DNA from: an uncultured Planctomycetota bacterium
GTDB lineage: Bacteria > Planctomycetota > Planctomycetia > Gemmatales > Gemmataceae
Assembly (NCBI GenBank): GCA_963849325.1
Contig: CAWKHF010000011.1
Location: 1 to 64,000 of the forward strand
Direction of reading: 5' to 3'
DNA: 64,000 nucleotides
The notes below the pieces were generated by a model that made no database searches, had not been told where the DNA came from, and worked only from the letters and a program-made list of their open reading frames with translations. A program made the position numbers and the translations under genes. Of this stretch, positions 56,240 through 64,000 are shown piece after piece (the first letter of the stretch is position 1; each line of letters starts with the position of its first letter).

Positions 56240-56974
56240 TTATCGCCTCCCCATGACGTGCGAAAAGTCCAGCCAGTGTGTCGTAAAGCCGGCTCCAGTG
56301 AGTAAATCCACGATCTGCCTGCCGCCATCCTTCACCCCTTTTGATTCGAGCAACCCGAAGTGGACCTCGACGAAGACGCTCCGGAGCGCGGGGGCCGCAA
56401 GGATGACGCGGCGCATGCCCCGGAGCACTTCGACCTCGAAGCCCTCAACGTCCACCTTGATGACGGTCGGGAGCTGCCCCAATTGCTCCAGCAGAGCATC
56501 ACCTGTTGTGACAGCGACGCAGATCCCGTCCGTGGGGTCCGTGCAGAGGCGGTTGGTAGTCGCCGTGAGGCCATCAATGTGAAGGAACGCCTCTCCTGGC
56601 GCGTCCGACAGCGCAACCTCGACGACGACGAGATTCTGGTAGCCGTGACGAGCGATCAGGTCGCGGCAGCGCTGTGCGCTACCTGGGGTGGGTTCGATCG
56701 CCACGACACTCCCCCCAGCGCCGACGGCGTCAGCAAAGAGTTTCGTGTACTCGCCCACGTTGGCTCCAACGTCCCGAACCACGTCGCCGGACTTAACCTC
56801 TGCTAACAGAGCCTCTTGAAATTGGCTCTCATATTTCCGGACCACGAGGTGCCAGACCTTGCCGAGCAGCCAGCGCCCGCCTGGACTGCCGCGCAGCTTC
56901 GCTCGCAGACGAGTCGCGGGACGATTACCGCAAACGGTGGCCAGGGTAGATAAGATCGCATTACGGAGAGGCAT
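56240..56974 (-). CDS. FkbM family methyltransferase
   Basis: DVGANVG, AIEP, IKVDVEGFE.EVL.G, EVH. Confidence 0.92.
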   Translation of the reverse strand: MPLRNAILSTLATVCGNRPATRLRAKLRGSPGGRWLLGKVWHLVVRKYESQFQEALLAEVKSGDVVRDVGANVGEYTKLFADAVGAGGSVVAIEPTPGSAQRCRDLIARHGYQNLVVVEVALSDAPGEAFLHIDGLTATTNRLCTDPTDGICVAVTTGDALLEQLGQLPTVIKVDVEGFEVEVLRGMRRVILAAPALRSVFVEVHFGLLESKGVKDGGRQIVDLLTGAGFTTHWLDFSHVMGRR

Positions 56975-56988
56975 GGCACAAACTCCTC

Positions 56989-57064
56989 GCGGTGGTCGAG
57001 CGGGGTTGCGTCAGCGCCCCGAGGGGTGTTCTCGGGCGCTGACGCAACCCCGCTCGATCACCGC
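56989..57064. repeat. REP doublet, family B
   Basis: GAGCGGGGTTGCGTCAGCGCCCCGAG...CTCGGGCGCTGACGCAACCCCGCTC, near-identical to 5178-5245. Confidence 0.88.
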
Positions 57065-57995
57065 CACTGAGTGTCGCTCACTTCAAGGTAGACTGCGGAC
57101 GGGAAATGTCCGGGGAGGGTGGTCAGCCCGTCGACATTTCCGCGGGGGCGGTAGTTGGGCAACAACGCCGCGAGTTCGGTCGGCCGCCCATAATGGAGCA
57201 TCGACAGGGACGCGGTTAGCCGGAACCGCGCGTTCGCGCCAGGAAAGCGTGCAACAGGGTGGATTCGTGGTTGAAGAACAAGGCGGTTGACAGCAGATCG
57301 CCGGGGTAGTCATAGGGAAAGTAGATGTCGTGGAAGTGGACCCGGACCCCAGCGTTCAGCCGCGGCAGCATTTCCAGCACGATCCGCGTGACCTCTCCGG
57401 CCGGCCCCAGGGCGTGGCTGGAGTCCACGAAGAACAGGTCTCCAGCTTCCAGCGGTCCCAAAAAGGAATAATCGAGGTTCTCCACCTTCTCTTGGATAAG
57501 AGTGATCGCCTTGGCGGCGCTCGTCTTGGTTAGAAACGGCGTCGGATACGGTTCGATGCAGACGATCTCGGGAGTATACCCCGCCTCCTGGGCCGCCATC
57601 AGGCAGATGGCCGTCGATACCCCACAACCGATCTGAACGATCCGCTGGGGGCGAAGGGTCGAGATGAAGGCGAACAGAAAGTCCGCCTCGATCGGCCCGT
57701 ACCCTTCCTCGCCATTGCGACCACACGCCTCCCGATGGACGTCGCCGCAGGCCAACCGCTCGAGCAAGGGCGGCGGAACGACCGACCGGACGAAGGCGAG
57801 CTGTGCGTCGAGATCGGTCCCCGCCACTCCGATCATCGAATACGGCTTCTTCCAGCAGTTGGTCCGTTTGAGGTTTCCCATGTCCGGGATTTCGGAATAG
57901 AAATGCCGCGGGAGGACATCGAACCCGAATCGCTGGCCGATGTGAAAAAGCTTCACCAGCAGTAACTTGGACGCATTCTTCAGACGGCGCATCAT
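57058..57995 (-). CDS. Class I SAM-dependent methyltransferase (Methyltransf_24-like; frameshift near 57237)
   Basis: HFYSEIP, QIGCGVST, CIEPYP, FVDSSH, HFHDIYFPYDY. Confidence 0.85.
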
Positions 57996-58001
57996 GCCCG
58001 T

Positions 58002-59186
58002 TCATCCTTCCTTCGTCGCGCGGTCGCGGGTGCAGAGGTCATAAACATCGGCAATTCGCGCGGCGATGGCCGGCCAGGCTAATTGTTGCTGCGCGTAGAG
58101 GCGGCCGCGTTGCCCCATCTCTTGCCGTTGGGCCGGAGCGGCGAGCAATTCTCCCATCGCCGCGGCCAGCGCGGCCACGTCGAGCGGGACGACACGACCG
58201 GCACCGGCGGCCGTGACGTGCTCGCATGACTGAACCGCGTCCGAGACGAGGACCGCCACGCCGCGAGCCATCGCCTCCGCCACCACGATGCCAAAGTTCT
58301 CCGACCGGCTCGGCAGCACGAACAGGTCGGCACCGTCCAGCAAGGCCCAGCGCTCGGAGGAGCTGACTGGTCCCAGGAGGGCCACCCGATCACCCAACCC
58401 GAGCCGCTCGACGGCCTGGCGCACCTCGTCGGCGTATCCGGGGGCGTGTTCGTCGGGACCGCCGGCCACGGCCAGAAAGATCTCCTCGCGCAGGTTCACC
58501 AGGGCCGGCAAGAGCAGATCGACCAGCCCTTTCTTCGGATGCAGGCGCGACAGGAACAGTACGATGGGCCGGTCGCCAACGGCCGGGCCGCAACGCTGTC
58601 GCAACACCTCCGGACGCCGTTCCTGTTCCCAGGCCGCGGGATCGACGCCCAGGGGGATGGCCGTCGTGTCACCCGGCAGTCCCAGCCGGCGAACCTCGTC
58701 GGCTTCTTCCTGGCTCGTCGTATGGAAGCAACGGACGGCGGTGAGGTTGCGTCGTTCGACCAGGCGCCAGTACAAGGCTTTTTTCCAAGCGGAGCGCCGC
58801 CGCGTATAGTCGGACAACATGCCGCACGGCCGCAGGACCACGGGCCGACCCGCCCGCCGAGCGGCCCGGCAAGCCGCCCCGATCGGATAGTTCCAAACCG
58901 AGTGAACGTGAAGCAGGTCGTAATCTTGGGCGTGCCTTCCGAGCCAGGCGCCGAGGTCGCGCGAGTACTTCCATTGCTCGGAGAAGCCACGACGGAACAG
59001 ATGGGTCACAACGCCCGGCGGCAAGGATTGTGGATCGAATCGCCTACCTGGCCCGTCGGCGTCCGTGGTCGCCACCTCCGCCGAGACATCGGCCAATCGG
59101 TTCAGCGCGGCGACCATCGGCCAGATGGCCGTGCTCGGCCCGCCATACCGCGGCGCCACTCCGGGGATCACGTGGAGGACACGCAT
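58002..59186 (-). CDS. Glycosyltransferase family 4
   Basis: YGGPS, FLSRLHPKKG, PSRSENFGIVVAEAMA. Confidence 0.93.
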   Translation of the reverse strand: MRVLHVIPGVAPRYGGPSTAIWPMVAALNRLADVSAEVATTDADGPGRRFDPQSLPPGVVTHLFRRGFSEQWKYSRDLGAWLGRHAQDYDLLHVHSVWNYPIGAACRAARRAGRPVVLRPCGMLSDYTRRRSAWKKALYWRLVERRNLTAVRCFHTTSQEEADEVRRLGLPGDTTAIPLGVDPAAWEQERRPEVLRQRCGPAVGDRPIVLFLSRLHPKKGLVDLLLPALVNLREEIFLAVAGGPDEHAPGYADEVRQAVERLGLGDRVALLGPVSSSERWALLDGADLFVLPSRSENFGIVVAEAMARGVAVLVSDAVQSCEHVTAAGAGRVVPLDVAALAAAMGELLAAPAQRQEMGQRGRLYAQQQLAWPAIAARIADVYDLCTRDRATKEG

Positions 59187-59246
59187 GGAAACGCATACCT
59201 ATCCGGCCGCTCGGCCAGGGGCAAAAGAATCAGTTGATTCTTCACC

Positions 59247-59963
59247 TCATTTGATACCCAGAAGAGCTATATGACCGGCGGACCTATATGGATTAACACC
59301 ACCGGAGACGGTGTTGAGGACGTGAATACTTTTGCAAACTCTCCTAATCTGGTTGTAATTGTTGTACACCGAATAGGAATAGGCGAGGCCGTCTCCTTCG
59401 GTAAGGCTATAGCCCCGACCCTTCGTCTTAATGAAATCGGCAACTTTCCAAAGACCCAAGGAGTATAATAATTGTTTGAGTGATCGGGCTACAATTGAAC
59501 CTTGCCCAAAATTATTTGAATCAGAAATAAAAATTGCCTTTCGGGCCACTCGCAGCATCTCCGCCACTGCCAACTCCGGCCTTTTGATGTGGTGTAGCAC
59601 ACCGAATTCACACACTACGTCAAATTGATTGTCTTTGAACTGAAGATGTGTCGCATCCCCGTCAATGAGATCGGTAGAAGACAATCCATTTGCGTAACCA
59701 ACATCTCTTAATTCCTTGACGGGCTCGACGCCGACGAGATACACATCGGGTCTCCGGTTCTTTATGTACTTCAAAGCCCGTCCCGTACCGGACCCAATGT
59801 CAAGGACTGATTTTCCCTCAATGTAGTCAAGCGATGAAAGTAAAAAAGAAAGGGAAAAATAGTGCTCATCCTTCTCATGGACGTGCATTTGATTATACTG
59901 GTTAGCCGTCTCTCGGTAATACTGACGTTGAATCTCAACGTCTCTGTCAAGCGGTTCTTCCAT
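59247..59963 (-). CDS. Class I SAM-dependent methyltransferase (AT-richer)
   Basis: VLDIGSGTG, GDATHLQFKDNQFDVV, LHH. Confidence 0.9.
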   Translation of the reverse strand: MEEPLDRDVEIQRQYYRETANQYNQMHVHEKDEHYFSLSFLLSSLDYIEGKSVLDIGSGTGRALKYIKNRRPDVYLVGVEPVKELRDVGYANGLSSTDLIDGDATHLQFKDNQFDVVCEFGVLHHIKRPELAVAEMLRVARKAIFISDSNNFGQGSIVARSLKQLLYSLGLWKVADFIKTKGRGYSLTEGDGLAYSYSVYNNYNQIRRVCKSIHVLNTVSGGVNPYRSAGHIALLGIK

Positions 59964-60069
59964 AATTGATGTCCCCAACTACGAAATGATCTGCGACACG
60001 GACTGGGAAGTCGCTTTGAACAGCGCTCCCCGGAGAGTACCAGTTCTGGGTTTCTCCGCGGTTAGGTTT

Positions 60070-61992
60070 TTATATCCGAGTGGCTAACTTGCGGCCCCAA
60101 ACCTTTGCGTGAACTCTCCCAGCACCACCAGGGCAAACGCCCGCGTCCACATCGGCGAATCCGGCTCCGCCAGGAACCCCCGCCAGAACCGCGTCCACGC
60201 CGGTCGGAATCAGCAACCCCGTATCCTTCACCGCGGACAACGCCCGCTCACATCGGGGTCGCAGCGACCCAGCCATCCACCGCGAGATTGGCAAGGTGAA
60301 CCCGCGCTTCGGCTGATTCAGGATAGTGGGCCGAAGCAGGTCCGAGAACGCCTTGCGGAGCAGATACTTGCCGGGGACTCCTGGCGGCAGCCGAACCGAC
60401 CCCGGCAAGGCGTGAGCCAGGTCCAGCACGCGCTGGGCCAGGAACGGGACGCGGATCTCCAGTCCGAATGCCATCCCGTTCACGTCGGCGTCCCGGAGCA
60501 GCATGTTCCCCTGGTAGCAGCGGAACTCGAGTTGGGACACCACCCGCACCGGGTCGGCCTCGTCCGCGTCCACATCTGGGGCCGCCTCCGGGGGGAGAAA
60601 ATCCGGCCCCAGATCGAGGCCGGCGGCGGTTATACCCAGGGCCGCGAGTTGCCGGTCGGACATGGCCCGACGGCGGTGCAGGTACAGGGATCGAATCGAA
60701 CCATCGCTGCCGAGCATGTCCGTCAGCTTGGCCCGAACCGGACGCGAGCGACCGATTCCGGCGACCCCGCCCAGACCGCGCCGCACACCAGCCGGCAACC
60801 TCCGAACCAACCGCGTGAGCCGCCGCAGTCGGGGCACGTCCCGAAAGCTCGGGTATCCGCCGAACAACTCGTCCGCGCCTAGACCGCTCAGGGCTACCTT
60901 GATGCCGCGCTGCCGAACGGCCCGTGAGATGACGAACACATTTAGCCCGTCGAACGACGGCTGGTCGAGGGCCGCCAACCAGTCGCCCACCGCGCTCTCG
61001 GCTTCCGCCATCGGCAGCGGGACCTCGGTGTGGGACAGGCCGAACAGGTCGGCCGTCTCCGCCGCCAGTCGTTGCTCGCTGAAGTTCGGCTGATCGGCGA
61101 AGACGACGGTGAAACTTCGTAGGCTCGGAGTGTGCCTGGCGGCCAGTCCGGCCAGGATCGTGCTGTCCAACCCGGACGACAGAAACAGCCCCACCGGCAC
61201 GTCCGAGATCAGATGGTCCTTCACCGCCGCGTCCAGTGTGTCCCGGATGGCGGCAACCGCGTCCGCCTCGGTGATCTCCCGCTCCGGTCCCGGCAACTGC
61301 CAGAATGCCTTGGGAGTCCCTGCCTTCTTCCACCGCCCGTCCTCGCCAACCTGGATCGTCAGACACGTCCCCGGAGCGAGCGATGTAATGCCGTCGAACA
61401 GCGTCAAGGGGTGCTGAACGGCCCCGTAAGCCAGAAACCCGGCAACTCCGCGAGGGTCGAACCTCGCCCGCACCACCCCGGCGGCCAGCAGCGCCCGCAC
61501 CTCGCTGGCAAACACCAGGGCGTCGGCGCTCTCGGCCAGGTACAGCGGCTTGATCCCGGCCGGATCACGCGCGAGAAGCACGGTCGCGGTTCGCGGGTCA
61601 AAAAAGGCGAAGGCGTACATTCCCTCCAGTCGCGGCAGGTACGATCGTCCGTACCGAGTGAGCCCAGCGAGAAGGACTTCCGTGTCGCTGCCGCCGCGGA
61701 ATCTCTCGCCGTCTTGTTCCAGGTCCGTCCGAAGCCGTTGAAAGTTGTAAATTTCACCGTTATAGATGATCTTGGCCCCCGTCGGGACGTGGGTCATCGG
61801 TTGGTGACCCAACGGCGACAGGTCAAGGATTGACAAACGACGTTGCCCCAGGCCGAGCCATCCTCTTCCAAATGGCACAACCTCCTCTCCCTGGTCATCC
61901 GGTCCTCGATGGGCGAGGGCTGCCGCTGCGAGCGCCAGGGCGTGGCGGGCAAGTTGCGGATCCCGGTGGATTAGTCCAGCGATGCCACACAT
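60070..61992 (-). CDS. asnB: Asparagine synthase (glutamine-hydrolysing)-type amidotransferase
   Basis: MCGIAG, HRGPD, RLSILDLS, NGEIYN, LSSGLDS, SGLGADELFGGY, EIRVPFL, PKRGF. Confidence 0.93.
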   Translation of the reverse strand: MCGIAGLIHRDPQLARHALALAAAALAHRGPDDQGEEVVPFGRGWLGLGQRRLSILDLSPLGHQPMTHVPTGAKIIYNGEIYNFQRLRTDLEQDGERFRGGSDTEVLLAGLTRYGRSYLPRLEGMYAFAFFDPRTATVLLARDPAGIKPLYLAESADALVFASEVRALLAAGVVRARFDPRGVAGFLAYGAVQHPLTLFDGITSLAPGTCLTIQVGEDGRWKKAGTPKAFWQLPGPEREITEADAVAAIRDTLDAAVKDHLISDVPVGLFLSSGLDSTILAGLAARHTPSLRSFTVVFADQPNFSEQRLAAETADLFGLSHTEVPLPMAEAESAVGDWLAALDQPSFDGLNVFVISRAVRQRGIKVALSGLGADELFGGYPSFRDVPRLRRLTRLVRRLPAGVRRGLGGVAGIGRSRPVRAKLTDMLGSDGSIRSLYLHRRRAMSDRQLAALGITAAGLDLGPDFLPPEAAPDVDADEADPVRVVSQLEFRCYQGNMLLRDADVNGMAFGLEIRVPFLAQRVLDLAHALPGSVRLPPGVPGKYLLRKAFSDLLRPTILNQPKRGFTLPISRWMAGSLRPRCERALSAVKDTGLLIPTGVDAVLAGVPGGAGFADVDAGVCPGGAGRVHAKVWGRKLATRI

Positions 61993-62033
61993 GGGTCAAG
62001 AAAGGATCGTCTGTGGAGCGCGTAACAACGAGC

Positions 62034-62945
62034 CTAGAAAGGCTGTCGCGCTCGGAGGAAGAGAAAGCTGCCACGCTGAGCCTGCCTTCGCCGCAGCCAT
62101 GCCTCGGACATCAGCCACAGGGCCAAGCGACGGAGATGCCGAGGGAGGGGGAGGGCGTCCGATTCCTGGCCGCAAACCTCACAGGAGACATCGACAAAGA
62201 ATGCCCGAAACAAGTCCTCGAACTGGTCCTTGGCATAGTGTCGGGCCGAAAAACCGTCGGTACTGTGGTGTAAAGTCTGGTCGAAGCTGCCGCGAAGAAA
62301 GCCGCCTTTGAGAAGGTGGTCCTTGAGGAAGGCGACCCGGGCTGCCATCCCGTCGCGGTTATAGACCATCACCCGGCATTCCCCCTCTGGTCGAAGCGTC
62401 CGGGACATTTCGCGGACGATCTTGGCGGTTCGCGAGGAGTGATGAATAACTCCCCAGGACCAAATCAAATCGAAGTGTTTATCGGGATAGGGCAATTCTT
62501 CCGCATCTCCTTGACGGACGTCCGCCATTAACCCTTTCAGACGCAGCCGCGCGGTTGTCGCTTCCACCGACGTTGGGGACAGGTCCAGAGCCGTCACCTG
62601 GGCCCCTGCTCGAGTCATAAGTTCGGTGTGAAGACCCATCCCGCACCCAATCTCCAAAACCTTTCTACCGTGAAGGGCTGAGAATGGAATAATCCGGTCA
62701 AACGGCTCCACGTCGGTACTGTACAGTCGGGCGGAATGGATGAATCGGCGATCCAACTCATCGAACCATGATAGACTAAACCGCTCTTGGTTTATTTTGT
62801 CCTTCCAATCATAAGACATTGTGTTGCCGGTCCACCAGGTTCGGTTGCCCGTCTGGATGGACTCGAAGGGAGTGGAGTCCATGCGGTGATCGACCGTCCC
62901 TCCTTCGTCGGTAGGAAGGCGATTGCTGGAGAGCGTCGGGTCCAT
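62034..62945 (-). CDS. Class I SAM-dependent methyltransferase
   Basis: VLEIGCGMG, GDAEELPYPDKHFDLIWSWGVIHH. Confidence 0.88.
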   Translation of the reverse strand: MDPTLSSNRLPTDEGGTVDHRMDSTPFESIQTGNRTWWTGNTMSYDWKDKINQERFSLSWFDELDRRFIHSARLYSTDVEPFDRIIPFSALHGRKVLEIGCGMGLHTELMTRAGAQVTALDLSPTSVEATTARLRLKGLMADVRQGDAEELPYPDKHFDLIWSWGVIHHSSRTAKIVREMSRTLRPEGECRVMVYNRDGMAARVAFLKDHLLKGGFLRGSFDQTLHHSTDGFSARHYAKDQFEDLFRAFFVDVSCEVCGQESDALPLPRHLRRLALWLMSEAWLRRRQAQRGSFLFLRARQPF

Positions 62946-63051
62946 AGGTGCCTCGTTTCCGGCTGCGGCAGATCCTGACCGGCCGTGGATGGTTGGTGAG
63001 AAAATGGAATCGTTCGAGATCTTTTCAACTTGAGGTCGGAAGCAACAGAGT

Positions 63052-64000
63052 TCAAAGGGCCGAAAGAGAGTTTCTGCGACTGTCCAATACCCTGCCGGCG
63101 AGGGCCACAAATCGATCACGAAAGTGTGCGTAGGTGAATCGATCGAGAAACCATTGGTAAGCGGCCGCCCCGTAAGCGGCGGCATTCGGCCCCGTCACGT
63201 CGAGTATGGCCTCAAGGAGTTGGTCCTGGTTGGTCGGGTCCACGACCCGGCCAGCGACCCGGTCGGGAATAATTTCGGCTCCCGCGTCTGTCGAGCCGGC
63301 AAGGACAGGTCGGCCAAACCTCATGGCTTCTAGATAAACCAGTCCGAAGCCTTCTTGCCGGGACGTGAGGGAAAAACACGTACAATGTTTATAATATCGA
63401 TTCAGAGTGTTATTATCGACCTGGCCAAGGAATCGGACGTCGGCCCCTGCCTGCTTGGCTACGGCTTCCAGTCTCGGGCGATCCGAACCATCGCCGACGA
63501 GCACAAGTTTGAGGCGAGGACGGTGTTGTCGCAACCGCGGCCACACACCCAACAATTCGTCGAATCCCTTGCCGCGCTCGGTGCCCTCCATTCGCCCGAC
63601 GCTCAGGACGTAGGGTTGGTCTTCTGGGGAGTGGGTATTTCCCGGCGGATCATCCGGCGCAAGGGGAACGCCGAGATGACAGACTTCATGGGGCAAGTTA
63701 GCCATCCAGGGATTGAATGTCCGCGCCCTGTTGCGAGTGTGGTCCGAAATGGACGCCAACCGATCAATTCGACGCAGACCCCAACGCGCCGGCCAGGGCA
63801 GAGGCCGCCAGGCCTCGACTCCGTAGAGCATCACCAAAGTCGGGGGGTGTCGGACGCACAGCGAAAGCAGTCGGGCATAATTCAAGTGCATGAGCAAGAC
63901 GGCGTCCCACCGGTTCCCGTTGATGAGCCTGAGCAACGCGGCGCCCATTCGCGCGCGCCTGCCGTCCGCTCCAAAGCACGGCTCGCCGACAGCGGACGCG
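63052..64000 (-). CDS. Glycosyltransferase family 4 (5' end probably outside the window)
   Basis: YGVEAW, SVGRM...KG, GDGSDR, EGFGLVYLEAM. Confidence 0.88.
   Translation of the reverse strand, partial: ASAVGEPCFGADGRRARMGAALLRLINGNRWDAVLLMHLNYARLLSLCVRHPPTLVMLYGVEAWRPLPWPARWGLRRIDRLASISDHTRNRARTFNPWMANLPHEVCHLGVPLAPDDPPGNTHSPEDQPYVLSVGRMEGTERGKGFDELLGVWPRLRQHRPRLKLVLVGDGSDRPRLEAVAKQAGADVRFLGQVDNNTLNRYYKHCTCFSLTSRQEGFGLVYLEAMRFGRPVLAGSTDAGAEIIPDRVAGRVVDPTNQDQLLEAILDVTGPNAAAYGAAAYQWFLDRFTYAHFRDRFVALAGRVLDSRRNSLSAL

Noticed and set aside
52547-62945. Carbamoyltransferase and AsnB as an antibiotic or lasso-peptide cluster
   Set aside because: No precursor peptide, B protein, NRPS or PKS; the glycosyltransferase and wzc context indicates polysaccharide modification

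Overview
High-GC bacterial chromosome segment, very probably Planctomycetota (Gemmataceae-like). This is inferred from DUF1501, five Hanks-type kinase genes or fragments, an ECF-kinase remnant, TPR-CHAT proteins, a planctomycete-type Flp pilin and many REP doublets. Many genes, including housekeeping ones (xerC, kdsB, pyrG, thrC), carry single-base indels, most likely long-read errors, so those CDS coordinates are reconstructed across frameshifts. Layout: 1-11.2 kb core genes. 11.3-30.6 kb is an accessory signalling/conflict block: a VapBC-like pair, a zinc-ribbon kinase-TM-LRR receptor, a second TA-like pair, a beta-propeller/di-heme peroxidase, two tandem signal-peptide-bearing TPR-CHAT caspase-like proteases divergent from a ZAS-kinase-TM gene, and two hypotheticals. 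30.7-37 kb core genes (SDR, RNase D, ABC exporter, thrC, Hsp20). 37-47.6 kb holds a kinase-AAA-helical gene with in-frame palindromic insertions, an FAD-oxidoreductase/ADC fusion, a decayed ECF-kinase-WD40 module and a catalytically degenerate AroD-AroE fusion. 47.7-64 kb is a Wzc-type polysaccharide locus rich in tailoring enzymes. No rRNA, tRNA or CRISPR array was seen. The best candidates for novelty are the extracytoplasmic TPR-CHAT/ZAS-kinase module, the AroDE pseudoenzyme, the uncharacterised TA-like pair and the palindromes translated inside the kinase gene.
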